Shown here: one piece after another, positions 8,803-19,000 of the stretch
Position numbering within the stretch: the stretch's first letter is position 1
How the letters are laid out: the number at the start of each line of letters is the position of its first letter
Assembly: GCA_903895255.1 (NCBI GenBank)
Contig: CAITTG010000078.1
Span: forward strand, 11,739-75,738
DNA from: an uncultured Verrucomicrobia subdivision 3 bacterium
Lineage (GTDB): Bacteria; Verrucomicrobiota; Verrucomicrobiia; Limisphaerales; UBA11358
Direction of reading: 5' to 3'
Length of the DNA: 64,000 nucleotides
Position numbers and translations under genes: made by a program
Notes under the pieces: generated by a model
Database searches by the model: none
What the model was told of the DNA's origin: nothing
Seen by the model: only the letters and a program-made list of their open reading frames with translations

Positions 8803-11800
8803 ATGACGCTTGCTGACCTTAAACCCGACAAAATACTGCATGGCCCGATTTTCCCCGAGCCGGTTCAAGTCATTGTCTGTTATCCCATGGGCGATGGCGT
8901 CAAACTCGTGGCCAAGGGGGTAAACACCAACCTCGTATATCAGCCCGTCCTTACGGCCAAAAACCTCGCCACCCTCACCAGCACGCCGGATGTCGAGCCC
9001 TTCGATGGCGATCCTCAACGCTTTCGCCTAGCCGTCGAGGCCATGCGGCTGGCCCTAGCCTTCGAGTACGACCCCTATTTTTCCCTGTCCATCGCCCGCG
9101 TCGACCCCCTCCCGCACCAATTGGAGGCCGTCTACGAATATTTCATGGTGCAGCCCCGCATCCGGTTCCTCCTTGCTGATGACCCCGGCGCGGGCAAAAC
9201 CATCATGGCCGGGCTTCTCCTCAAGGAATTGAAGATTCGCGGTCTCGTCTCCCGCACGCTCATCATCACGCCAGCCAATCTGTCGTTCCAGTGGCAGCGC
9301 GAGATGAAGGATAAATTCCGCGAGAATTTCGAGGTGATCCGCAGCGATGTCCTCCGCGCCAATTACGGCTCCAATCCTTGGCAGGACAAAAACCAGGTCA
9401 TCACCTCCGTTTCCTGGGTCTCGCGCATCGAGGACGCCAAGGAGAGTCTTTTGCGCAGTCATTGGGACCTCATTATCGTGGACGAGGCCCACAAAATGAG
9501 CGCCGCCAGCCGCGACCGAAAGACCCTCGCCTACCAGCTTGGCGAGGCCTTGTCGCAGATGACCGACCATTATCTGCTCATGACCGCCACGCCCCACAAA
9601 GGCGACCCCGACAATTTCTGCCTCTTCCTGGAGTTGCTCGACCGCGATGTCTACGGCGACGTCAAAAGCCTGGAGGAAGCCATGCGCAAGCAGGAGGCCC
9701 CGTTCTACCTGCGCCGGGTGAAAGAGGCCCTCGTTTCCTTCCCTGATCCCGACACCGGCAAGGCCAAACAGCTCTTCACCCGCCGCGTCGTCCGCACCTC
9801 GGACTTTCAGATCAACAGCGACGAACTCGATTTTTACGATGCCCTTACCCGTTTCGTGGAAGACCAGTCCTTCAAGGCCGCCTCCGAGGATTCCCCCCGT
9901 GGCCGCGCCCTCGGCTTCACCATGGCCATGCTCCAGCGCCGGTTTGCCTCCAGCATCTATGCTGTGCGCCGCAGCCTCCAGCGCATGCGCGACAAGCGCG
10001 AACAGATCCTCGCTGACCCCGAAGGCTACCGCAAAGCGCAGATAGATAAACGCCTGCCCGACGATTACGACGACTTACCTGAGGATGAACAGCAGGAAAT
10101 CGTGGCCGAACTCGAAGATTTGGTCGCCTCCTACGACCCTGCCGCCATCCGGGAGGAAATCGTCGACCTCAGCAAACTCATCGTGCTCGCCCAGTCGCTG
10201 GAGAAACGCGAAGTCGAGTCCAAGCTCGTCAAGCTCCGGGAATTGATCACCCAGCACAACCTCTTCAAAGACCCGAAGATGAAGCTCCTCGTCTTCACCG
10301 AGCACAAGGACACCCTCGATTTCCTCTGTGCCGATGGCAAGGACGGCCGCCCGCTCGGCAAACTCCGCGAATGGGGCCTGACCGTCACCCAGATTCACGG
10401 CGGCATGAAAATTGGCGACCGCGACACTCCCGGCACCCGCATCTTTGCCGAGCGCGAATTCCGCGAGGCTGCCCAGGTCCTCGTCGCCACCGAGGCCGCC
10501 GGCGAGGGCATCAACCTCCAATTCTGCTGGCTGATGATCAATTACGACATCCCTTGGAACCCCGTCCGACTGGAACAGCGCATGGGCCGCATCCACCGTT
10601 ACGGGCAGGAAAAAGACTGCCTTATCTTCAATTTCGTCTCCACCAACACCCGCGAGGGCCGCGTCCTCCACAAATTATTCGAGCGCATCCAGGCCATCGA
10701 GGAAGACCTCGACCCCAAGCGCACTGGCAAGGTGTTCAACGTCCTCGGCGAGGTCTTCCCCGCGAACCAGCTCGAAAAGATGATTCGCGACATGTACGCG
10801 AGCAACCAGATGGACGAGGAAATCATCAAGCGCCGCATCATCGAGGAAGTCGACACCAAACGCTTCCAGCAAATCACCAATTCCACGCTGGAAGGCCTCG
10901 CCAAGCGCGAATTGAACCTGTCCGCCATCGTCGGCCGGTCCGCTGAGGCCAAGGAGCGCCGGCTTGTGCCCGAAGTCATCGAAAACTTCTTCACCCAGGC
11001 CGCTCCCCTCATTGGGGTCCATCCGAAGGAAACCCGGGAGAACAGCCACGTTTACCGGCTGGGCCGGGTCCCGCGCGCCCTCTGGCCCGTGGGCGAACGG
11101 CTGGAACCTCGCTTCGGCAAACTGGGGCGTGAATACAAAAACATCGTGTTCGACAAGGAACATCTGAAACGCGATGCCACCCTAGAATGGGTCACCCCCG
11201 GCCATCCACTGTTTGAAACCGTCCGGGAATCCGTCACTGACGAAGTCCGCAATGACCTGCGGCGCGGCGCGGTGTTTTACGATCTCCACCATGGGTTGCC
11301 CTACCGCCTCGACGTCTTCAGCGCTTCCATCAAGGATGGCCGTAATAACCAAATCCACCGGCGATTGTTCGTGGTCCAAGCCGACCTTGCCGGGTTGCTG
11401 ACGATCCGCCAACCCACCATCTTCCTCGACCTGGCCCTTGCCGGTAAAGACGCCCTCGTCCCCGATGGTCAAGGATTGCCCGATCATGCTTCCGTCGAGC
11501 AATTTCTGGTCGCCCAGGCCCTAAACCCCTTTCTGGCCGAGGTCGCCGCCCAGCGGTTGCGGGAAACCAACATCATCACCCGCCACCTGGAAATCAGCCT
11601 CCGGGAACTCATTCACCGCCAGAACCTGCGCATGGCGGAAATCCACGAGCAAGCCATCGGCCCCGATGACCCCTTGCTGGCCGCCAACCTGAAAAAGGTC
11701 GAGGACAAGCTTGATGAATTAAATGCCCGGTTGGAGCGCCGCACCGCCGAGTTGCGCCAGGAGGCCGAATGCATGATTGGGGATGTCCAGCACGTTGGTC

Positions 11801-12291
11801 GGGCCTGGGTCCTGCCCCATCCCGAACGCACCTCCCCGCAAATTGCCCCCATGGTGCGCGATGAGGAGATCGAGCGCATCGCCGTCCAGCAGGTCATCGC
11901 CCACGAAACGGCGCGCGGCTGGCGGGTGGAAAGCGTCGAGGCTGACAATCGCGGTTTCGACCTCATTTCCCGCAAACCGCACCCTGAGGACCCGGGGACT
12001 GCCATCGACGTACGGTTCATTGAGGTAAAGGGCCGGGCGCACACCGGGGAAATTGCCCTGACCGCCAATGAATACCGCACCGCCCAGCGCTTGCGGAAGG
12101 ATTACTGGCTGTATGTCGTTTTTCATTGCGGCACGCCCAATCCCTCGCTCAATATTTTGCCGGACCCGGCGACGCTGGACTGGCAGCCCGTCGTCAAAGT
12201 GGAGCATTACCGTTTGAAACAAGACTCCGTCAAGGCACCCGTGGAATTGAAGGAAGAGGCACCCCCCTTTCGTACCGGAGGTGCGTCGTGA
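8803..12291 (+). CDS. SNF2-family helicase with C-terminal DUF3883-like (nuclease-fold) domain
   Basis: Track ORF starts at TTG 8746; the first ATG at 8803 gives MTLADLKPDKILHG. Motif I LADDPGAGKTIMAG, motif II IIVDEAHKM, motif VI QRMGRIHRYGQ. The C-terminus GFDLISRKP...IEVKGR...ALTANEYRTAQRLRKDYWLYVVF is typical of DUF3883. Confidence 0.85.
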   Translation: MTLADLKPDKILHGPIFPEPVQVIVCYPMGDGVKLVAKGVNTNLVYQPVLTAKNLATLTSTPDVEPFDGDPQRFRLAVEAMRLALAFEYDPYFSLSIARVDPLPHQLEAVYEYFMVQPRIRFLLADDPGAGKTIMAGLLLKELKIRGLVSRTLIITPANLSFQWQREMKDKFRENFEVIRSDVLRANYGSNPWQDKNQVITSVSWVSRIEDAKESLLRSHWDLIIVDEAHKMSAASRDRKTLAYQLGEALSQMTDHYLLMTATPHKGDPDNFCLFLELLDRDVYGDVKSLEEAMRKQEAPFYLRRVKEALVSFPDPDTGKAKQLFTRRVVRTSDFQINSDELDFYDALTRFVEDQSFKAASEDSPRGRALGFTMAMLQRRFASSIYAVRRSLQRMRDKREQILADPEGYRKAQIDKRLPDDYDDLPEDEQQEIVAELEDLVASYDPAAIREEIVDLSKLIVLAQSLEKREVESKLVKLRELITQHNLFKDPKMKLLVFTEHKDTLDFLCADGKDGRPLGKLREWGLTVTQIHGGMKIGDRDTPGTRIFAEREFREAAQVLVATEAAGEGINLQFCWLMINYDIPWNPVRLEQRMGRIHRYGQEKDCLIFNFVSTNTREGRVLHKLFERIQAIEEDLDPKRTGKVFNVLGEVFPANQLEKMIRDMYASNQMDEEIIKRRIIEEVDTKRFQQITNSTLEGLAKRELNLSAIVGRSAEAKERRLVPEVIENFFTQAAPLIGVHPKETRENSHVYRLGRVPRALWPVGERLEPRFGKLGREYKNIVFDKEHLKRDATLEWVTPGHPLFETVRESVTDEVRNDLRRGAVFYDLHHGLPYRLDVFSASIKDGRNNQIHRRLFVVQADLAGLLTIRQPTIFLDLALAGKDALVPDGQGLPDHASVEQFLVAQALNPFLAEVAAQRLRETNIITRHLEISLRELIHRQNLRMAEIHEQAIGPDDPLLAANLKKVEDKLDELNARLERRTAELRQEAECMIGDVQHVGRAWVLPHPERTSPQIAPMVRDEEIERIAVQQVIAHETARGWRVESVEADNRGFDLISRKPHPEDPGTAIDVRFIEVKGRAHTGEIALTANEYRTAQRLRKDYWLYVVFHCGTPNPSLNILPDPATLDWQPVVKVEHYRLKQDSVKAPVELKEEAPPFRTGGAS

Positions 12292-12479
12292 GCAAACTGC
12301 GCGTCTTCGTCAGTTCGGTCCAAAGGGACTTAATTAAGTCATCTTCCGATTATCTTCCGCTGATTTTCGGCTATCTTCCGATTTTTCACCGCCGCGCTCA
12401 ACGGTGTCGTATTCAACGGACGAGTCGCCAACCAATCAGCGACCAATTTTCCGGCATCCTAAACGTGGCCACCCTATGA
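12288..12479 (+). pseudogene. truncated remnant of a DUF4062-type gene, start coupled (GTGA) to the helicase stop
   Basis: GTG 12288 overlaps the helicase TGA (12289-12291). The first 15 codons VSKLRVFVSSVQRDL match the characteristic DUF4062 N-terminus (RVFISS..dL). Similarity ends at the AT-only palindrome ttaattaa (about 12330-12337); the rest is low-complexity with short direct repeats. Confidence 0.45.
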
Positions 12480-12625
12480 AGAATCTGCTACAAATCTACT
12501 ACCGGCACTGTCCAAACCCGGCTGGAAATTTCCGCAACTATCCGCAACCAAGCGGGCCGGAATCCGCAACCTCGTCTGCTCGATCGTACTTCGTCAGCTT
12601 TAAGTCGAATTGGCGGCGGGAAAGC

Positions 12626-12790
12626 GGCACACTCAATCCGTCGCTCAATATTCTGCCCGACCCGGCTACACTGGACTGGCAACCCATCGTCAAGGTGGAG
12701 CATTACCGTTTGCGTCAGGATTCAGGCAAATCCCCGGTTGAGTTGCGGGAAGAGGGCGTGCCCTATCGAACCGGAGAACGACCATTATGA
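12626..12790 (+). pseudogene. diverged second copy of the last ~55 codons of the helicase gene
   Basis: 12626-12790 aligns by eye with roughly 80 percent identity to 12130-12291. Encoded NPSLNILPDPATLDWQPIVKVEHYRLRQDSGKSPVELREEGVPYRTG versus NPSLNILPDPATLDWQPVVKVEHYRLKQDSVKAPVELKEEAPPFRTG. No upstream helicase body. Confidence 0.75.
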
Positions 12791-12967
12791 AAAACCAAAT
12801 GAAAAAGCGGCCGACCACAGGTCAGCCGCTTGTTTGGACAAGGAAGAGAGTGTTTGTTTTGGCTGGGCTCGAAAGCCAGCGCCCTTTAAAAGGGCCAACC
12901 ACAACCTTAACTCTCTATAAATCGCTGCATAATTAATATCGTAGTTTTCATGCAAATGCAATAAAAA

Positions 12968-14779
12968 ATGCATATTTTAACAGCAAATGACGAGTTCAAT
13001 TCGTTTCCCGCCGGCGAAAAGGTTTTTCTCGAATCGTGGTTCAATTTAACGCATCCCCAGTCCCTCGATAGTTTTCGGTTCCGCTGCCATAATGGCCGGA
13101 CCATTCTGGAAGAATTGGCCAGGGAGATGGGGTATCCATTTGCGGACAGGGACGATCTAAATACTATCGCGTCTGAAGCAAAAGATATTGCCAATCAGGA
13201 CACAATTCTTCAATCAATTCTGGCTTCATCCTGGGGCCTGCTTTATCACAGCCTGACCGAAATTACGGCAAAAAATGCCAAGGATGAGGCGGCAAGGGAG
13301 CGGGAAGTGGCTCAGATTAAAACCATTTTGCTCGATACGCTGCCCGGCTTGTCCGCGCCTTACCTGGATCTGACCTTCAGCACACTGAAAAAGGCCATAA
13401 ACGACTGCAATGAAAAGGAAATTCACCGGCTTGCGAACAGTCTGGCAACCGATCTGGCAGCTCGGGGTTGGGTGGCGGCCAGCCTGCACTCCTGGGTGAA
13501 ATCCAAATTTTTGGGTGCTGAATGGCAAACCATGACTTTCGAACAACGCTACGCGCTGTTTGAGGAACGGCTTAAGCGAAACCCGGAAAAATACGATGTA
13601 ATTCTGTCGCTCTCCGGCAGCCGTCAGGTTTTAAGCCTCGGCCAGTACGGTGATTTCGTTTTTTCCGCCGAACCACCAGCGATTGCCGTTCACGAAGAGG
13701 GCGACGCGCCCGCCATCACTAAATTCCTGACCAAAAACCAGCAGCGAATTTTTGCGGCCACTGTTGTGGATGCCGTCGATTCAAACTCGGCCATTCATGC
13801 TGCCCAGGAGAAATTTGCCAAATGCCAGGACCGCTTGCGTTTCAATTTTTGCACTGAACCCATGGCAAGCTGGCGGGCGGTCCTGATATCGCGCCAGGCT
13901 GACAAAAAACCCAAAATTGTCCATGCGATGTGGCGTATACCAAATCCACAACATCACCTTCCGCTAAAGCATTTTCTGGTGGCCAATGAGCGCACGGATC
14001 AGTTGTTTCAGTCCGGCCAGATCACCGAAGAGTCCCAGCGCCGCCTTGAGTCTGCGGTCCGCCATTACCGCCTTGGCTTGGATGCCAATGCCTATCGCGA
14101 CATGTTGTTGAATTGGTGGATGGGGCTTGAGACCTTGACCAATAGTGGAGATGGGAAAGGCATTGGCCAAAAAGTGATTAAAAACGTGGTTCCGGTGTTA
14201 ACTCACCGCTATTTTACGAATCATTTGCGAATCCTGTATGGCACTGTTTTGCAGGCCTGCGGCGAGTGGCCCGCCGAAACCGCCGGCCTCTTAAAAAGCC
14301 AGGTTAAGCCTGGGGCGCCTTGGCAGCGCATGATCGTTATCCTCCAGGACGCTAATGCCTCCGCTGAGGTTGGCGCTGCGCTGGCTCCGCATCCGTGGCT
14401 GCAATTGATTTGGGCAAAGTACCAGGAGTTGGTGAATGATCCTGCCAAACTGGTCGATTATTTGGAGGCCCACGATGTTCGTGTTCATTGGCATATCCTG
14501 CGGATTTACCGCATCCGGTGTTGCCTTGTCCATGGAACACCGGTTGTCACCCCCCTCCAAATGCCCACCGCCAATGTGGAATATTACTTGCGCGAAGCAA
14601 TTTATGTTGTCCTGGATGCTTTTCAAAAAGCCAGTCAGATTAGGTCAATGGACCATGTTTTTGAGCGAACCAGAAACTGCGCTCAGCGTCGCAAAGCCAT
14701 TTTGCGTGATAAAGCGGCGTCCGCTGCATCCATTTTTTCAGCCTTGGAGACGGACATTGTCTTTCAAATAGTTAAATAA
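12968..14779 (+). CDS. 603-aa hypothetical protein with C-terminal HEPN-like R-x4-H motif
   Basis: Clean ATG ORF in AT-richer DNA with an AT-rich upstream region. The C-terminal region reads NWWMGLETLTN ... HWHILRIYRIRCCLVHGTPV (R-CCLV-H-G), the pattern seen in Abi/ApeA-like HEPN domains. The N-terminal ~400 aa are unrecognised. Confidence 0.55.
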   Translation: MHILTANDEFNSFPAGEKVFLESWFNLTHPQSLDSFRFRCHNGRTILEELAREMGYPFADRDDLNTIASEAKDIANQDTILQSILASSWGLLYHSLTEITAKNAKDEAAREREVAQIKTILLDTLPGLSAPYLDLTFSTLKKAINDCNEKEIHRLANSLATDLAARGWVAASLHSWVKSKFLGAEWQTMTFEQRYALFEERLKRNPEKYDVILSLSGSRQVLSLGQYGDFVFSAEPPAIAVHEEGDAPAITKFLTKNQQRIFAATVVDAVDSNSAIHAAQEKFAKCQDRLRFNFCTEPMASWRAVLISRQADKKPKIVHAMWRIPNPQHHLPLKHFLVANERTDQLFQSGQITEESQRRLESAVRHYRLGLDANAYRDMLLNWWMGLETLTNSGDGKGIGQKVIKNVVPVLTHRYFTNHLRILYGTVLQACGEWPAETAGLLKSQVKPGAPWQRMIVILQDANASAEVGAALAPHPWLQLIWAKYQELVNDPAKLVDYLEAHDVRVHWHILRIYRIRCCLVHGTPVVTPLQMPTANVEYYLREAIYVVLDAFQKASQIRSMDHVFERTRNCAQRRKAILRDKAASAASIFSALETDIVFQIVK

Positions 14780-14815
14780 TTGCCAGAGAACAGCCAATTT
14801 TGATTCGCGAGCGCA

Positions 14816-16009
14816 ATGATAAATATAATGGTAAAACAAAAAAACATTCTCTGGCTCAGTTTGGCAGCAAACGTGGTTGATGCCCGCTACAGCGATTTGA
14901 TCAATTATGCTGCCGAGGTAGGGATACATATTAAGCCCATTCAGGAAAACGCCCCAATCTCAACCGCAGAATTTTCTGAATTGCTTGATCAAGCCGATGC
15001 ATACATCGTAACCTTCGAAGACATTGTTCCGCTTGAACCGTTTAAGACGCCTCTCATATCGGCGATCAAGAAAGGCAAACGACTTTTGTTGCTGGGAACT
15101 AGTCATACGTTCAATGGATTTCTGATAGAATTTGACCTCGCTATTTCTGGGGAACGCATGTGTGGGCCGGGGGCAATCTTCGGTGACGAACGAACGATTA
15201 TTCTAAATCACGCAGACCAGACCAATGCAACTGCTCAGGCATTGTTTGCCGGAAATGATTTAACCATTTCAAGTCCGTCTCGGGTTTGGTACGGAAATTC
15301 TGCAATACCGCTTTTCAAATTGCCCGAAAAATCCCGGTTGCTGAACAAGAATGATAAATTCGAATTACCTGGTCCCCGCGAACTTTGCTGTGGCGCAATA
15401 TGGTCAGGTGCTGACACCAAGGCCGCCGTCATGGTGATCGCTGGCTCTGCTTTGAATGATCCGTTTCAAGGCGTCACCGGTAAAATTTTTCCGGGCATTC
15501 GGGCAAATGCTCGGTTTGCGCATAGGCTTCTCGACTGGTTGCTGGGGGACCTCGTTAAAGAAACGAGCTCTGGCCGTGCGATGGAGTTCCTTCATTCCAT
15601 TGAGGTGGGCATATATGACGTCATCCTTGAAATCCTCAAGAATAAATTCAACGAGAAGCCCGATGACTGGTGGTATCGAGGAATTCCGGAGATGTTGAGA
15701 AAAAAGGCCGCCGAACTTTCGGAAGAAACCAGGGGGTCCATTCCCAAAGAACAAGGCTTTTACTTGCTTTCATACAAAGTCATTATCGAAAGCAACTGGA
15801 AGCTTTTCGCAACCTATTTTGATCCTGATAACGCCGGGAAAAATGAAGCGATGCAATGGATGCTGGACCTTAACGAGCTGCGGAACAAATTGAGTCATCC
15901 ACTCCGCCTCCGGCAAAGCCCGCTTACCGAGGACGACTATGCTTTCATCAAACAACGAAAGCACTTTATTGACGCGCTCTGCCGCGAAATTCTGCCGCCA
16001 AAAAATTGA
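14816..16009 (+). CDS. 397-aa protein: unrecognised N-terminal alpha/beta domain + C-terminal Swt1-like HEPN domain
   Basis: C-terminus WWYRGIPEMLRKKAAELSEE...YKVIIESNWKLFATYFDP...WMLDLNELRNKLSHPLRL (R-N-x3-H). Its stop 16007-16009 overlaps the methylase start. Confidence 0.6.
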   Translation: MINIMVKQKNILWLSLAANVVDARYSDLINYAAEVGIHIKPIQENAPISTAEFSELLDQADAYIVTFEDIVPLEPFKTPLISAIKKGKRLLLLGTSHTFNGFLIEFDLAISGERMCGPGAIFGDERTIILNHADQTNATAQALFAGNDLTISSPSRVWYGNSAIPLFKLPEKSRLLNKNDKFELPGPRELCCGAIWSGADTKAAVMVIAGSALNDPFQGVTGKIFPGIRANARFAHRLLDWLLGDLVKETSSGRAMEFLHSIEVGIYDVILEILKNKFNEKPDDWWYRGIPEMLRKKAAELSEETRGSIPKEQGFYLLSYKVIIESNWKLFATYFDPDNAGKNEAMQWMLDLNELRNKLSHPLRLRQSPLTEDDYAFIKQRKHFIDALCREILPPKN

Positions 16010-16011
16010 TC

Positions 16012-19000
16012 ATGACCCAATTTCCCAAACGCCTCATCGAAGTTGACCTGCCCATCAAGCGCATCTCCGCGCATGCGCGGCGGGAGAAATCCATCCGGCA
16101 TGGGCATATTTCCACGCTCCACATCTGGTGGGCGCGGCGGCCGCTGGCGGCCTGCCGGGCGGTGATTTGCGCCGCCCTGTGGCCGGACCCGGCGGATGCC
16201 CAGTGCCCGCCGGCTTTCGTAAAGGTCGCCCGGGCCGAGATGCAGAAATGGACCACCCACGAACGGCAAAGCCTCTTGAGCGCGGAAAGCCGGGTGCATT
16301 TTGAAAACCTGCGGAAAAGTCCGGAAAATTCCGTGGACCCGGTCCACCTGCGGACGCTCTTGCTGGATTTTATTGCGGATTTTGCCAATTGGGATAGTTC
16401 CACCCTGCCGGAATACCTGGAAACCAGCCGGGCGCTGACCCAGGCCGCGCACGAGGCGCTGGGCGGTGCGCCCGGCACCCGTCCGCTGGTCGTGGACCCG
16501 TTTGCCGGCGGTGGCTCCATTCCGCTGGAGGCGCTCCGGGTGGGGGCCGACGCCTTCGCGTCCGATCTCAATCCCGTGCCGGTGCTGCTCAACAAGGTCG
16601 TCTTGGAATACATCCCGAAATACGGCCAGCGCCTGGCTGACGAAGTCCGCAAGTGGGGCGCATGGATCAAACAGGAGGCCGAAAACGAATTGGCGGAGTT
16701 TTATCCCAAGGACGCCGACGGCGCGACGCCTATCGCCTACCTCTGGGCGCGAACGATTCAGTGCGAAGGCCCCGGCTGTGGTGCGGAAGTGCCACTCATT
16801 CGTTCATTGTGGCTTGCAAGGAAGGCCAAAAGTTCAATTGCAATTAAATTGGTTCCAAACAGAGATGCAAAGCGTGTTGATTTTAAAATAATTGTTAAAA
16901 AGCGCGACGGGTGGGTAAATCAGGATGATCCATCGGAAAAAATACCTGATCCGAATTTTGACGGCACAGTAAAACGAGGGTCGGGGACTTGCCCCTGTTG
17001 TGGTTATACAACACCTGTTGCTCGGGTTCGCGAACAACTCAGAACTCGACATGGAGGAGGTAATGACGCTCGAATGTTTTGTGTTGTATCAACGAGAACA
17101 GCCGAACAGGGCAGATTTTTTCGTCTGCCAAATGAATTGGATGAGAAAGTTGTGCGGAGATCAAGTGAGGAATTGGCCGCGAGAAATAAAGCCAATAATG
17201 GTTTGCTGTCCCTGGTGCCGGATGAAAGGCTAGATATTCGAGGCATTCGTCATACCTGGGCCATGTTATATGGCTTGGAAGCATGGGGTGATTATTTTAC
17301 TTCCCGGCAATCTTTGGCATTAATAACGCTTCACAGGCTTACCAAAGAAACCGAGAAAAAGCTGGATCGGGTTGATGGTGTGCTGGCAAAAGCTGTGCAT
17401 ACATGCTTGGCACTTGCCGTGGATACTTGTGCTGATCACAATTCCAGTTTGTGTTCCTGGCGTGTATACACGCTTGATACAAGCCATGTTTTTGGTAGAC
17501 AGGCCCTTTCTATGGCATGGGATTTTTCCGAAACATGTTCTGCCGGCGATAGCACTGGGTCTTTCATCGGAGCCATTGATAAAATGTCTCGGGTCATTGA
17601 GGGGTTGTCCTGCATTTCTGGCAGCAATGCCGACGTTACGACTGCTTCTGCCACTGAACACCCATTGCCGTCAGGTTCCGCTCATGCATTTGTTACCGAC
17701 CCGCCATATTACGATGCGGTTCCCTATGCATTTCTATCCGACTTTTTTTATGTTTGGCTAAAGCGCAGCCTTGGTGAAGTTCACGATTCATTGTTTAAGG
17801 AAGATCTGGTTCCAAAGGACCCAGAAATTGTTGTGGACCGTACTCACGAGTTGAGCAACACAACACACGACATTGCATTTTACGAACGTGAATTGACCAA
17901 GGCGTTTAATGAGGGCCGACGCATATTACGCTCCGATGGTATTGGGACGATAGTTTTTGCAAGCAAAACAACGTCAAGTTGGGAGGCAATTTTAAAAGCA
18001 GTTGTCGATGCCGGATGGATTATCACAGGTTCGTGGCCAATTGACACTGAGATGGCAACCAAAGTTGCTGCCATCGGGCAGGCACGCTTAATGTCATCAG
18101 TTCATCTGGTATGCCGGCCGAGGGCCAATCCCGATGGTTCAATCCGAAAGGACGAAATCGGCGATTGGCGTGACGTTTTGCAGGCATTGCCCATCCGCAT
18201 TCACGAATGGATGCCCCGTCTGGCCGAAGAAGGCGTTGTCGGTGCGGATGCCATTTTCGCCTGTCTCGGACCGGCCCTGGAAATCTTCTCCCGCTACTCG
18301 CGGGTGGAAAAAGCCAGTGGCGAAACCGTGGCGCTTAAGGAATATCTGGAACAGGTCTGGGCCGCCGTCGCCAAGGAGGCCCTGGCCTTGGTCTTCAAAG
18401 ACGCGGACACCACCGCTTTCGAGGCGGACGCCCGCCTCACTGCCATGTGGCTCTGGACCCTGAAAGCTGATGCCGCCGAGGATGCTACCTTCGGGGCTGA
18501 AGAAACGGATGACGATGACGATGAAGCCAAGGGCAAAGGAGGCAAAACCAAGGGTGGCTTCACCCTGGAATACGACGCCGCCCGCAAAATCGCCCAAGGG
18601 CTGGGAGCCCATCTGGAAGATTTGACCTCCCTGGTGGAAATCTCCGGCGAAACCGCCCGGTTGCTCCCCGTGGCCGAGCGCGCCCAGCACCTGTTCGGCA
18701 AAGACGATGCCACCCTCGCCGGCCAGGGAGCCAAGCGCAAGAAACGCGACCCCCAAATGGACATGTTCACCGTCCTCGGCGACGCCGAAGCCGCCGAATC
18801 CACCTTCGGCGAGACCAAAGTCTCCCGCGTCGGCGAGACCGCTTTGGACCGGGTGCATCAAAGCATGATCCTCTTCGCCGCCGGCCGCAGCGAAGCCCTC
18901 AAACGCTTCCTCGTCGACGACGCCATCGGCCAGGACCAGCGCTTCTGGAGCCTTGCGCAAGCACTCTCAGCCCTTTACCCCTCCAGCACCGAGGAAAAGC

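Noticed and set aside
12404-12790. 128-aa ORF as a real gene
   Set aside because: Only its last ~55 residues are meaningful, and those duplicate the helicase C-terminus. The N-terminal part runs through the repeat-laden scar. Treated as a pseudogene fragment.
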